Source: an uncultured Rivularia sp. | GTDB lineage: Bacteria > Cyanobacteriota > Cyanobacteriia > Cyanobacteriales > Nostocaceae | Assembly: GCA_963665115.1 (NCBI GenBank) | Contig: OY762007.1 | Span: forward strand, 3,616,001 to 3,680,000 | Length of the DNA stretch: 64,000 nt | Direction of reading: 5' to 3' | In this document: piece by piece, positions 49,553 to 61,057 of the stretch | Layout of the letters: each line of letters opens with the position of its first letter | Numbering within the stretch: position 1 is the stretch's first letter | Notes under the pieces: generated by a model | Told to the model about the DNA's origin: nothing | Database searches by the model: none | Seen by the model: the letters and a program-made list of their open reading frames with translations, nothing else | Program-made: the position numbers and the translations under genes

Positions 49553-50638
49553 TTAAACGGAGGATAATGAATATACTTGCCCATCAATTAACAATCGGGT
49601 GATACCTTTGGCTTGCAATTGATAACGAGCCTTATGTAGCACTTGGCTATCAGGTACTTTAATAACGCGATCGCGCTTTGAGGAAAAGCGTTTTGCGACT
49701 CGATGGTTATCGAAGACGGGTAAAGTTGTTTCTTGGGTTTCTGGACTGGGGATTTCTCCTAAGTCACTAAATTCCCTGAGCGGACGTGTAATTAGCTCTG
49801 CGGCTCTGTCAATGACTATGTAGCAGGTTCTGGGTAAAGGGGCTGCTGATAGCGGTAGAACTCGAACTAAGGGTTCGTTTGACCTTCTTCTAGGAACAAA
49901 ACGTGTCGGTTGCTCGAAATCGTCTTCTTCCTCGTCGTCGTCATCATCAAAATCGTCTTCGAGTAAATCGTCTAAATCTTCCAAATCATCGCCATCATCG
50001 ATTTCCTCACCAAACATTTCCGCTATGACTTTGGCTTCAGTACGCTCATTGTCTAGTATGGGGCTAGGAATACTTTTGAGTTGCGGAGGACTGGGGATAC
50101 TTGGACTGGGGATACTTTTAACTTCTTTGTGCTTTTCTTCGAGTAGTTCCAATTGTTCGGCAACTGGGAAAAGCTGTTGAGAAGGATCTGAAGATGGTGC
50201 AGAAGAACGCCGTTTTACCCTTCTAGGAGCTTCAGTTGTTTTTGTTACCTTTCTTAATATAGGTTGTTTTTTGACAACAACTTTTTCTGGTTGTTCATCT
50301 TGCTCGTATCGTTCATCGTCGTCTTCTTGGACGGTTTCTTCCTTAATTTTGGGCTTAGAAGTACGCGATATTGTTTCCTTCTCTTCAACTTGTACTTCTT
50401 CTTCATCAAAAGAAGGAATATTCTCGTAGCTAACTTGTGCCCTACCTTCAGGGGTTCTGGCTGCACGCTTTAAAGAAACCAAATATTCGTACTCATCTTC
50501 GGGCAAAGTACTTTTGAGTAAGCGGCTGATAGTTGAATTGCTTACACCATAGCGCTCTGCCAAAGTCGAAGTAGTTTCGGCACTTTCTCGGTACAACTTG
50601 AGAATTTCTTTTTTGTCGGATTCTGTTAGTTTTCTCAC
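49553..50638 (-). CDS. Conserved cyanobacterial-type protein with N-terminal HTH and acidic linker
   Basis: TTSTLAERYGVSNSTISRLLK HTH, a D/E-rich middle, and a globular C-terminus (LPVFDNHRVAKRF). Confidence 0.7.
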   Translation of the reverse strand: MRKLTESDKKEILKLYRESAETTSTLAERYGVSNSTISRLLKSTLPEDEYEYLVSLKRAARTPEGRAQVSYENIPSFDEEEVQVEEKETISRTSKPKIKEETVQEDDDERYEQDEQPEKVVVKKQPILRKVTKTTEAPRRVKRRSSAPSSDPSQQLFPVAEQLELLEEKHKEVKSIPSPSIPSPPQLKSIPSPILDNERTEAKVIAEMFGEEIDDGDDLEDLDDLLEDDFDDDDDEEEDDFEQPTRFVPRRRSNEPLVRVLPLSAAPLPRTCYIVIDRAAELITRPLREFSDLGEIPSPETQETTLPVFDNHRVAKRFSSKRDRVIKVPDSQVLHKARYQLQAKGITRLLIDGQVYSLSSV

Positions 50639-50668
50639 AATGGATGTAGACCCCCCAACGTTGTTTTT

Positions 50669-51559
50669 TTATGTTCGTTTGCGTCCGCGTTCTCGTCGCG
50701 AACGATTTGATGAAGCTTCAAATTCTAAGGCTGCGCCCATACCAAACAAAACTCCACTCAATACCCAACCCACCTCTAATACGCCTCCACTTTCATAATT
50801 GGCAACTTTAGTCTCAGCCCATTTGGCCCATATATCTGCAATGTAAAGCGAAAACGTCGCTACTGCAATCATTTGCCAAGGTAAAGAAGCTCGTCCACCC
50901 CAAAAAGCAAGTAGCAAACTAGTAGCAATAATTAATAGTAGTACGTCACTGACTACGTAAAACCAATTTAAGTATGTGCCAATAGTTTCTTTCAAATTAG
51001 GCACCTGTTCTATGGCTGTTGCGGCTGCTGTATCCGGGGGTTGACTAATTAGCCATGCCAAAGCGCTACCAAAGGCGGCGATCGCCAATACAATTATCCA
51101 CTGCCAACCTTCTAAATTGATTCGTCTCGAAGCTACCGCTAAAACCATGCCGATGCCGACCAACAAATAAGTCACCACAAAGAATATATCGGCAACAGAA
51201 GGAGTTGGGTCTTGTTTCAATTTGATTTCTATAATGCCAAAAACTATCCCTCCCAAGCAATAAGACAGCATACCTATACCAAATAGCAGCCAAACATTTC
51301 TGCCGCTGACAATTTGGCGACTGCGCCAGTTTCTTAAACACAAAATTCCCGCACCCAGGTAAGCTAGCGCTTCAAAAATATTTGTTCCGGTAATGTACCA
51401 GCTCGCACGTTTGAGTTCACCATCTGCACCGGGAACTTCAGCGCTGAAAAGTAAAAAGTATAGCAGCGCTAAAACACCCCAAGCAATATTAGCGAGGATA
51501 ATGTTCTGAGTGTTAAACCACGATTTTGAACCGTCGGACTTCTTGTAAATGCTACTCAT
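50669..51559 (-). CDS. Hypothetical multi-pass membrane protein
   Basis: 296-aa ORF with about eight hydrophobic segments. Confidence 0.75.
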   Translation of the reverse strand: MSSIYKKSDGSKSWFNTQNIILANIAWGVLALLYFLLFSAEVPGADGELKRASWYITGTNIFEALAYLGAGILCLRNWRSRQIVSGRNVWLLFGIGMLSYCLGGIVFGIIEIKLKQDPTPSVADIFFVVTYLLVGIGMVLAVASRRINLEGWQWIIVLAIAAFGSALAWLISQPPDTAAATAIEQVPNLKETIGTYLNWFYVVSDVLLLIIATSLLLAFWGGRASLPWQMIAVATFSLYIADIWAKWAETKVANYESGGVLEVGWVLSGVLFGMGAALEFEASSNRSRRERGRKRT

Positions 51560-51697
51560 TTATAATTTACCGTGTTTATGCATTTAGCTTCATAATTTTG
51601 CTTATAGATTGTGTACGTAAGATAAACCCTACTTTAGCAGGGGTGTATTCCACATCACAAACCTACACAATCTTAACTGCATAAAAATCCTTATGTG

Positions 51698-52357
51698 CTA
51701 ATGCCACAGTTTATTCAGAGAAGAATCTTTTAGCCAATTAATAAATACGGTTCTTTCCGGCACGGACATATCGTGTAAAGTATCCATTACCTGACGGGCA
51801 AAAGCGGAGCTACCAAAAAACTCTTTACCCAATCGATGCAAATCTTCCAAAAATACAGTTACATAATCTTCTTGCCAAAAAGGAATTTCAATTGGTTCTG
51901 TCGGATTTATACTTAATAAGTAATCAATAGCATTGGGTGAAGAAGCAGCCGGGAATTGCCATTGATTCAAGATGGTTGAAATTTCTTTTTTAAATGAACT
52001 CGCTTGTTTTGCACCAAGAAGTTCTTCAATATCCATATACACCGCTTGCAACAGCAAAATACAGGCAACAGTCAAAATCTTATTATTGCTTTGATTGCTC
52101 GCTTCACTGTCAAACTGGTCTAAACGAATTTTCCCCCAAACACTGAAACGATCTTCTTCCTCCAACAATACGCAGGCTTTGCCTCGGTTATCCGTCAACT
52201 CTCGCCACAAAGCTCTAGCTTCTTCCTCTTGGCTAGCTTTAAACAAGCTAATCAACCGAAACGTTTGTCCTTGATAATGAAGAACGGGAACCTGTTGGTC
52301 GCGCTTGGGATGTACGATACTCGATATTTCAACGTCTTGCCGCTTCAAAATAAACAT
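51698..52357 (-). CDS. Conserved filamentous-cyanobacterial protein (Npun_F0813-like)
   Basis: MFILKRQDVEI...YQGQTFRL...WRELTDNRGKACVLLEE..RFSVWGK. Confidence 0.7.
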   Translation of the reverse strand: MFILKRQDVEISSIVHPKRDQQVPVLHYQGQTFRLISLFKASQEEEARALWRELTDNRGKACVLLEEEDRFSVWGKIRLDQFDSEASNQSNNKILTVACILLLQAVYMDIEELLGAKQASSFKKEISTILNQWQFPAASSPNAIDYLLSINPTEPIEIPFWQEDYVTVFLEDLHRLGKEFFGSSAFARQVMDTLHDMSVPERTVFINWLKDSSLNKLWH

Positions 52358-52603
52358 GAAATTTTTAGATAACTCCTCTGCGAGGCACTTTTAATATATG
52401 CGAGATATAATAACCGTCTTTGTATTAATTGACGCTTTTGCTTACGACAACACAATATACCTGAGTTATACCCTTTGTGTCCGGATTTTTATGTAACTTT
52501 ATAGTCAATCAAATTACATTTTATCCGGAATTATTTAAAAAATCACAATATCCGATTGCTTTTTATTTAGACCACTGATACAATACATTAGCTAACTTTG
52601 TTT

Positions 52604-52677
52604 GGGTGCGTAGCTCAGCCGGATAGAGCAACTGCCTTCTAAGCAGTCGGTCGCAGGTTCGAGTCCTGCCGCACCCG
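52604..52677 (+). tRNA. tRNA-Arg (anticodon TCT)
   Basis: Acceptor stem GGGTGCG/CGCACCC, anticodon arm ACTGC-CTTCTAA-GCAGT and T-loop GGTTCGAGTCC. An extended -10 TGATACAAT lies upstream. Confidence 0.96.
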
Positions 52678-52875
52678 TTTCCAGCGAATAGTAACCAGTT
52701 AATTATTGTTCGCAGTAAGCGATTTATCGCTCTCCTGCAAATTTTTAGTTCACATCTTAATTATTAAACTTGATTTTAATAGGACTTAATGCACTTCTAA
52801 CCCAAGCCAGCATTAAAATAAAATTTCAGCAGTACTTTTGGGTATTCTAAACAATACATATACTATTAAGTACTG

Positions 52876-55131
52876 GTGATGCCTGCTAATTTTATCCAAC
52901 GGCGGTTCTTTAAAGCTATTGTTGAGAGTTGCTCGCAATCAATAAATAAATCTTCTCTTACTAGGAAGATTCTTTTAAATATGGCTTTACGGATAACTAT
53001 TGTAGTTTTGATATCTACAATAATTAGCTATTTTCACGTCATGTCAAATTTAGAAGTCCAGACAAAACAACAATTAGATAAATATATTACTCAAAGAGGA
53101 CAGCGCGAAAGTTTTATCTTCCAATTATCTCAGGATAATGTAAAGCTTCTAAGCGAAAATATTTTACAAGAAATTAAGCAACCATTAGCAAAAGATTTAA
53201 ACGCCGATTTTGAGCGTATTTACTTTAATTGGCATGATGGAACCATCAGAAATTTTCCTCCAAATCAACCTATAGATAAATTTGATACAGTTAATTTTCC
53301 TAGTTCTTTTGTGGGTAAGAATATCAAAATTGACGATCGACATAAACAAATTTTACTTACCGCTTACGAAAAAGTTAATAGCTACGGTCATGCATGGAAT
53401 AATCGTTTTGCATATACATATTTTATTACTCCCAATAACTCTTTAGTAGTCTATCGGAAAGGAATGCCTTGGGCAATGCAAGCCGAGCCAGACTTGAATG
53501 TAAATCAAGAAGAATACTATTACACAGCCGATGCACAACATAATCCAGAAAGAAAATCAGTTTTGACTGGATTGTATTATGATATGACTGCGAATGATTG
53601 GATGGTTTCTGCTTTAAATCCAGCTTATGATAGTAACAATAATCTTATAGGTGTTGCTGGTCAAGATATTGTACTCTCCGACTTAATGAAGAATACAATA
53701 AATGATAGATTGCCAGGAACCTATAACTTAATTTTTCATAAAGATGGTCGTTTAATAGCGCATCCTAAATACATGCAAGAAATCATGGAAGCGCAGGGAA
53801 AACTAGATGTCCAAGAGCTTAATAACCAAGCATTAAGTCATACTTTTGAAATTATCAATAAACAAACTAATAATTTTGGTGTACTTGAGAATATAAAAGA
53901 TAAGACATATTTAGGATTTTCTCGTCTCAAAGGTACGGATTGGTATTTTGTGACAGTTTATCCTAAATCGCTACTCACTAATTTTGCTGTTGGAACAGTT
54001 AAATTTATTTTGATAGCAGCAGTAATATCTCTGATTATGGAAATTTTATTACTATTCTCAGTTCTACATCAAGAAATTGCTACACCCTTAAATGAATTAA
54101 TTACGGTTGCTGATAAGATATCAGCAGGTAAATTAGATATAAATCTGGAATTAAACAGAGAAGACGAAATTGGCAGACTTGCTACTTCATTTAATATCAT
54201 GGCAACCCAGTTAAAGACAACATTTAGCAGTTTAAAAAATGCTAAAGCGGAATTAGAAAATCAAGTTAAAGAACGTACTCAAGAGTTACAAAACACTCTA
54301 GTCAATTTGCGAAATACTCAAGCACAGATGTTGCAAACCGAGAAAATGTCTGCTCTCGGACAAACTGTGGCAGGCGTGGCTCATGAAATAAATAATCCAG
54401 TTAATTTTATTCACGCAAATATTGAATATGTTGAAACTTATATTAAAGACTTATTAGAATTAGTTGCATTTTACCAAGAATATTATCCTGAAACGCCAGA
54501 ATTACTACAAGATAAAATAGACGAAATTGATTTAGAATTTATTCGGAAAGATTCCGTTAAAATACTTTCATCAATGAATATTGGAACCGTCCGCATTCGA
54601 GAAATTGTTAAGTCACTGCGGAGTTTTTCGCGTTTAGATGAAGCGGAATATAAGAAAGTTGATATTCACCAAGGAATCGATAATACTTTGCTAATTTTAC
54701 AGCATCGCTTAAAAAATAGCTCTACTCAATCCGAGATTAAAATAATCAAGGATTATGCTCAAATTCCTTTAGTTGAATGTTATGCGGGAAAACTTAATCA
54801 AGTTTTTATGAATATTATGGGAAATGCAATTGATGCATTAACTGAATTGAGAACAACCGATACCACTGCAAATATTTCTATTTCAACAGTAATTATTGAT
54901 AAAAATTGGGTCAGAATTTGTATAGCTGATAATGGTACGGGAATAGATGAAAAAGTTAGTACGAACATATTTAACCCGTTTTTTACTACCAAACCAGTTG
55001 GAAAAGGTACGGGATTAGGTTTGTCGATTAGCTATCAAATTATTGTCGAAACTCATAAGGGGAAAATCTACTGCGATTCTGAATTAGGAAAAGGTACTAA
55101 ATTTATTGTTGAGATTCCGATTCGTCAGTAA
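52876..55131 (+). CDS. Sensor histidine kinase (Cache-like periplasmic domain, HAMP, HisKA, HATPase)
   Basis: Two TM helices, REDEIGRLA.SFN.M, AGVAHEINNP, NQVFMNI..NAIDA, DNG.G and FTTKPVGKGTGLGL. Confidence 0.93.
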   Translation: MMPANFIQRRFFKAIVESCSQSINKSSLTRKILLNMALRITIVVLISTIISYFHVMSNLEVQTKQQLDKYITQRGQRESFIFQLSQDNVKLLSENILQEIKQPLAKDLNADFERIYFNWHDGTIRNFPPNQPIDKFDTVNFPSSFVGKNIKIDDRHKQILLTAYEKVNSYGHAWNNRFAYTYFITPNNSLVVYRKGMPWAMQAEPDLNVNQEEYYYTADAQHNPERKSVLTGLYYDMTANDWMVSALNPAYDSNNNLIGVAGQDIVLSDLMKNTINDRLPGTYNLIFHKDGRLIAHPKYMQEIMEAQGKLDVQELNNQALSHTFEIINKQTNNFGVLENIKDKTYLGFSRLKGTDWYFVTVYPKSLLTNFAVGTVKFILIAAVISLIMEILLLFSVLHQEIATPLNELITVADKISAGKLDINLELNREDEIGRLATSFNIMATQLKTTFSSLKNAKAELENQVKERTQELQNTLVNLRNTQAQMLQTEKMSALGQTVAGVAHEINNPVNFIHANIEYVETYIKDLLELVAFYQEYYPETPELLQDKIDEIDLEFIRKDSVKILSSMNIGTVRIREIVKSLRSFSRLDEAEYKKVDIHQGIDNTLLILQHRLKNSSTQSEIKIIKDYAQIPLVECYAGKLNQVFMNIMGNAIDALTELRTTDTTANISISTVIIDKNWVRICIADNGTGIDEKVSTNIFNPFFTTKPVGKGTGLGLSISYQIIVETHKGKIYCDSELGKGTKFIVEIPIRQ

Positions 55132-55161
55132 TAGTTTAGTGATGCAGCCTGAATTATTTAT

Positions 55162-56358
55162 CTAATTAGATTTTGAGAATTCAATGCTTTCAATCATTTT
55201 ATCCAACACTTTTTTATTTCTCTCATAGTTTTGACTTTTTACCTGATAAGTAACGACAATCAAAGTTTTATCTTTGAAATCTATGAGATATTTATAAGAT
55301 CGCACTCCTTTGGGTAGGATTGTCATACCTGTAGACTCAGTTTCAGTGACTACAGCACGGCGATTACCAACCATTGTCTCAGTACGAGAAATTTCCTTCA
55401 AACCTTGACTTCTTGCATTTAAAATTCGCTCAAATGGGACATTTTCCAAATCGAAGTACACCGCTTCATCAAAATCTTCGCTTCTTTCTCGCAGTTGAAT
55501 CGAGCGGAAATCAAATACCTGACACTGTTTCAGAACGTCCCCAGAATTAGTTTGCCATCCTACAGGGTAGCTAACTGTATAACCTACCGCTTCGTTTGTG
55601 CAGGTTTGTCCTAAATTAATCGGTACATCATCAGGTTGTTTTTGGGCTGAGTTACTGTTAGGTTTAACCACATATTCATTTGCAACACCAGGCAACTTTT
55701 TAATTTGACATAAAGCAGCCGCTATCTGTCCCCGTGTAGCAAGTTCGGATGGACTAATTAATCGTTTTTGAAACCGAGGTTTAGGGGAAGTAATAAGAAT
55801 TCCTTGTTGTGTAGCTGCGGCAATTAATCCTCTTGCATACTCCGGAATCCGATTCGCGTCATCATAAATAGCATTAAGAATTTGGTTCGGGAAAGATGGA
55901 ACCGAATAATTTAACCCGGTTGATAAAGCAACAAAGGCTTCTACACGAGAAATCTTTTGATTGGGATTAAAAGATTGATTTGGATATCCAGAAAGAAATC
56001 GTTTTGTGTAGGCATTACGGATAGCTTCTTTAGCCCAATGATTTGATGAAACATCATTAAAATTCATTGTTGCGCGGGTTGCCCTAATATAGGGAAACGC
56101 TTTTGTTATCATTGCCGCATATTCAGCGCGACTAATAACATTATTAGGTCGAAAAATACCGTTTGAATATCCCGATAAAATTCCTTGTGTGCTAAGATTT
56201 TGAATGCATTTCTCCGCCCAGTGACCGTTGATATCAGTATAGTTTTGAGCGTTAACAGGACTTATTCCCAAGGAAAATACGCTGCTAAATATTCCTATTG
56301 ATAAATAAGAAAATGTCTGTTTAATTCTTTTATAAGAATGAATACTCAACCTATTCAT
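55162..56358 (-). CDS. S-layer-homology (SLH) domain secreted protein
   Basis: Signal peptide and three SLH repeats (HWA...GY....FRP...SRAE, SRVE, TRGQ), plus a C-terminal PsbP-like region. Confidence 0.85.
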   Translation of the reverse strand: MNRLSIHSYKRIKQTFSYLSIGIFSSVFSLGISPVNAQNYTDINGHWAEKCIQNLSTQGILSGYSNGIFRPNNVISRAEYAAMITKAFPYIRATRATMNFNDVSSNHWAKEAIRNAYTKRFLSGYPNQSFNPNQKISRVEAFVALSTGLNYSVPSFPNQILNAIYDDANRIPEYARGLIAAATQQGILITSPKPRFQKRLISPSELATRGQIAAALCQIKKLPGVANEYVVKPNSNSAQKQPDDVPINLGQTCTNEAVGYTVSYPVGWQTNSGDVLKQCQVFDFRSIQLRERSEDFDEAVYFDLENVPFERILNARSQGLKEISRTETMVGNRRAVVTETESTGMTILPKGVRSYKYLIDFKDKTLIVVTYQVKSQNYERNKKVLDKMIESIEFSKSN

Positions 56359-56731
56359 AGTGAATAATATTACGTATATTTTTTGTTATTACATTCTTTC
56401 ATTAGAACACTGATTTTGCATCTAACTATTGAGAGAAGTTTAATTTATAAAGTCTCATTCCAAAGGTAAGTAGTTTGAATCGTTTTATCTAAAATCTAGT
56501 TTATTGTTGTTCTATTACGCCATTTTTATGCACTTATTAAATCATAAATTAAGTTTTAAGCCTTCATATTCCTAAGTTTGTAGGTTGGGTTGAGGAACGA
56601 AACCCAACATAATCTAGAAAACCAAATAATTGAAATCAATATTTAATACTCAATAAAACCCAAACTCTAATTTTTCATCAAAACTGGGAACAATAGACTC
56701 AAAGCATCATACCAAGCAAACCATTATAGAG

Positions 56732-57004
56732 ATGAAATCGGGAATCTTTGCAGTTGTCAATATTGATGAATTAAAACTTTATGTTGGTGAAACACATCAT
56801 CTCCAGACAAGATGGAGATTGCTGATGATGCTATTTATTAACGGAAAATTTCCTCATTCCCAGCTCCAAGCAGCTTGGAATAGAAAAGGAGAGGAGCGTC
56901 GGTTCACATTCCACACAGCTAATGAAATTGCTGAAAACCAGCAAATCCTTGGAAAAAAACAATTTTTTGCCGATGTTGGAACCAACATCGAACCAAAACC
57001 CTAA
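56732..57004 (+). CDS. Small GIY-YIG-like protein
   Basis: SGIF...LYVGET..L..RW...LQAAWN. Confidence 0.55.
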   Translation: MKSGIFAVVNIDELKLYVGETHHLQTRWRLLMMLFINGKFPHSQLQAAWNRKGEERRFTFHTANEIAENQQILGKKQFFADVGTNIEPKP

Positions 57005-57250
57005 ATTTAAATAAACGATAAAAAATACAAATCTAGCGATCGTCGATCGCCCATCTATAATTTTCAACAACAATAAAAATTACTCATATGTATTGGAAGC
57101 AACCTACAGAGAGATATAGCTTCCATTTATGCCTAAAACAGGATAGTTAAGCTAAACTTATAGTACATAAATCTTTTTTATATTAATAAAGTGTTTACAT
57201 TTGCGGAGCTTATGAATAAACTATTGATATAGCTTGAAAGTTAAACATAT

Positions 57251-57586
57251 TTGGATGTAGTCATGTTGAACCTAATTAAACGTAATCCTCAAACAACTTT
57301 TATTCCAATGAATTCTCAAATACCTTGGTTCGATGGGTTATATCCCATACGTCAGTGGTTGAATAACCTTGAGATTAATAATGTTGCATTAGCTCATTTT
57401 ATTTGTCGGATGATTCCTACGCAGTGCCCCTTTGAGCGGGATATTTGTTTATTTGGTCGTAAACTCATACATATTCCACCCTTGTGTAAACTTAATCCGG
57501 TGTATGAGGAATTGACTGTTTTGCGGTTCCGAGCGCTTAGTTATTTAGCTGATGAATGTGGCGAAGATGTAGGTTGTTATTGTTAA
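57251..57586 (+). CDS. Mo-dependent nitrogenase C-terminal domain family protein
   Basis: IP.QCPFERD...HIPPLCKLNP.YE.L..LRFRALSYLADECGED. The start is uncertain. Confidence 0.85.
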   Translation: MDVVMLNLIKRNPQTTFIPMNSQIPWFDGLYPIRQWLNNLEINNVALAHFICRMIPTQCPFERDICLFGRKLIHIPPLCKLNPVYEELTVLRFRALSYLADECGEDVGCYC

Positions 57587-57852
57587 AAAGAAAATTTATA
57601 TTAGAAAATAAATAGAGTAGTTTTTAAATGAAAATTGAATTTGTAGGTTGATTACACTACTGCAAACAAATCGTAATCTAAGATTTAATCTCTCCTAAAG
57701 CAGAATTTTTTTCACCTCATCTGCTAATCGATATTAGACAATCTGAATCTAAAACTAAATTATAAATGTTGGGTTAGGTTGCGTTTTTATTTTTTGTAAA
57801 TCATAAAATTACTTATGCATCTAACCCAACCCACGAATTGTCACCTCTACAC

Positions 57853-60493
57853 TTATTCAGCGATTAAACAAAATCGATATTTTGGATTATCTTGTGGTTG
57901 GCATTTCTGCTGCACTTTCACTAATACCCCTAGTTGATTATCGTCTGCGGCATCTACTTGACGGTCGTGAAATCTATTAAATTGTACTGTACCTGTAGCA
58001 CCTGGTGTGGAAAAGAAAGGGCTATTTAATTCTTCGTACAAACTTTGACGAGTCGGATTATTTTCTGTTTTCTTTAATGCTGCCACTATTGCTTGAGTAG
58101 CATCATAAGCTGTTGCAGCCCGCCAACCGACATATTGAGTACCCCAAAGTTTTACTGATTGGTTTCTAAAAGATTGTTCGGTACGTTGAATATGAATTGG
58201 TACGGAAAGAACTAGATTTTCAGCTTGATCTCCGAATGTAGATGATATATTATCGGCATTATAAAGAGAATCTCCACCTAATAAAGGTTGATTTTTATAT
58301 TTAGAAATAATTAATGAAGCTTTCGTTGCTCCTTCCGTACCGATAGAAAGCATTAATAATTTGACGTTTTCGCCTAAATCGCAATTATCAATTCCAGAAT
58401 TAGCCAAATCGCACTCTATAACCTTTCCTAAAGAAGCGTACTTTTGCTCGAATGACTCTTTTAAAGAAGTGCTGTATGATTTTCCAGAATCATAAAAAAC
58501 GGCTGCATTTCCGGAACCAATATTTTGCCGTGCATAGTCAACTAAATCCGCTGCTGCAACTGCATCGTTAGGGGCTGTACGAAAAACATAGGGGCTTAAA
58601 TCATATTTATAGTTTGATTTTTCGCTAGCTTGAGACTTCCTGACGGCAGTACTTGTGGGAGAAATAGCCACCAGTTTTTCTTTGCCGTAAACTTCGGCTG
58701 CTGCTAAAGTGGCATCGCTGGTAAAATGTCCAACCACTCCTAATATTTGTCCGCTAAATGCGCGATCGCCGGGTATCTGATTTCTGACAAATTGTTTAGC
58801 GACTTTCGGTGCTGTATCTTCTTCATCTGGATCGGAATTGTTTTCATCTCTTGCGATAACAACTTGTAATAATCTTCCTTCGATACCATCTTGATTGTTC
58901 AATGTTTCTTGAACGGAGGCAACACCGCGCAATATTTGTTCGGATATATTTGTATTGCGTTCTTTATTTTTGCCGGGAATGGCAGCAGCGATTGTCAAAG
59001 GATTACCTTTAATATTAGCTTTGGCATTGTTAAGAAAAATTAATGTTTCTGGATCGACACCACATTGATTAGTTGTTTTGGTTGCTTGTCTAAAGGTATC
59101 TATCGCTGTTTGGAAATAATTTCTGGCATCTTTATATCTCTGGTTTTTAAAAGCTCTCATTCCTTGTTCCTTTTCTCCCAAACCTTGTCTGCATAACGTG
59201 CTATTAGTTCTTTTTTCTCTTAGTAAAGATTCTTCTCCTCTACTAAAAAAGTTGTCAGCAAGCAATGGCTCTGGAGGTTGTATAACTGCATATACGGCTG
59301 CACCTAGTAACAATGCACCGATACCTCCAGCTATCAACAATATTTTTTTATTTATTTTTTTTTGAGGGGATACATTAATTGGAGCGTCTGGCTCTGAGGT
59401 AACTGTTGGTGTCACAGCTTTGGGTGCGGCAGACAAATTCGCTGGTATTGGCTGAGGCTGGGGGTAAGAGGGGAGTGGTGATGGCTGGGTAACAGGAGGT
59501 TGGACTTGAAGATTGGAAAGAGCAGCAATGACTTCACGAGCCGACTGATACCTATCTTCTGGCTGATAGGACAGCATTTTATCTAAAATATCTGCAAGTT
59601 GCGGGTTGATATTAGCGTAGTTTCGCCAACTCCAGGTATGATATTCGCGAATCTCTTGTGCTTCTTTACCTGCGAGCAACGAAACACAAGTTGCAGCTAA
59701 AGAATATAAATCTGATGAAGCTGATACAGGTTTACCCGTCATCTGTTTCTGGTGGAGCAAAGTCTGGGGTTCCGATTACAACTGATTGGGCTGTAGGAAC
59801 CCCCGTAACTACAACCTGCTTGACTGCACCAAAATCTATCAGATGAAGAGTATTAGATTTTGATGCTCGCATGATATTAGAAGGCTTGATGTCTCTGTGT
59901 ATCACTCCTTCACTATGAACGTAATTGAGAACATCGAGCATTTGCAGCATAATTTCGACAATTTCTGCTTCTGAAAATTGTCCTTTTTCCTTTAATTCTT
60001 GGGCTAAATTCTTACCTTCAATAAAGTCTTGTACCAAATAGAAAAAAGGTTGTGTCTGATATGGCTCTATAGTAGATTCTTGGAGATCGTGGGGTGCTTC
60101 TATTTTTGCAAAAGCCCATGCACGGGGGATTTTAGCGTGTGTAAGTTTTCCTAAAACGCTGGCTTCTCCATGAAATAATCTTTCGATATCTGCTAGCTGA
60201 GACTCGGAAGGAGAAACTCTTGGATGTAACTGCTTAATAACTCTTAACGGTAAGTCTGGAAACTTTAAATCTCTCGCTAAAAATGTCCTACCAAACCCAC
60301 CTCTTTCTGATTCTAAAACTAATGGTCTAAGTGTTACAAAACAGTTTTCTAAAATCAGAGGCATTCCGCAATTGGCACAAAATCTTTGTTTAATCGGTTT
60401 CGTATAAAGATTTTTTTCAGGAATTGTATTAATCGGATCTTGACAACTTGGACGAGTACAATAAACTTCGATTAAAGGATTAGTGCTAACCAT
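57853..60493 (-). CDS. Ser/Thr kinase fused to a periplasmic branched-chain-amino-acid-binding-type domain, with a +1 frameshift near 59746
   Basis: The kinase (GGFG, HRDIKPSN, DFG) joins the downstream ORF as APPEQMTG when one base is removed. A TM helix, GVVGHFTS, ISPTST, VFRTAPND and AYDAT follow. Confidence 0.88.
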
Positions 60494-61057
60494 TGATTAA
60501 CCTTAAAAATTACTATCGTTTAAGTTTTTATATATCTATTCGGATTTTTTTCAGTCAGCCAGTTTAGTCGATTCTGTATAAGTAGATGCTTAAATCTGTT
60601 AGCAAATATGATTTCTATTTCATCTGCTTTGAGCAATTATTTGCTTGTACGAATAATTAGCTTTTTTGCAGATTGCTTCAGAAAAGGGTAATGCACTCTT
60701 AACTAGACAAGCCTAATTAAACCCCAAGCCTTTTGGAAAACAGGGATTTAAAAGGCAGCTAATACAGTTATTAATACTACCTTATCGATTACTTAGTTTT
60801 TCCATAACTTAACAAACATAAACCTGTATTATTTATACGTCCTTACTTAGCAATATTTACGCAAATGTAACACTATTACTGCGGCTTTGTACTTCACTTT
60901 TGTGCAAAGTGTTGCAGGGAAGAGGGGGGAGATTATTAAAGTAGTGAGTAATGAGTAATGAGTAATAAGTAAAAATAGACGTAATTAGCAGCGACATTTA
61001 TCACAATAGAATAAAAAGTGATTTACTTGCTACTCCTAACTCCTAACTGATAACTGC

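Noticed and set aside
49553..50638. Transposase
   Set aside because: Only an N-terminal HTH is visible, with no DDE/HUH motifs, terminal repeats or target duplication.
52604..57004. tRNA-anchored genomic island or prophage
   Set aside because: No integrase, no duplicated tRNA 3' end seen, and no phage genes.
57251..57586. Nitrogenase structural gene
   Set aside because: It matches only the small so-called Mo-dependent nitrogenase C-terminal family; there are no nifHDK motifs or nif context.
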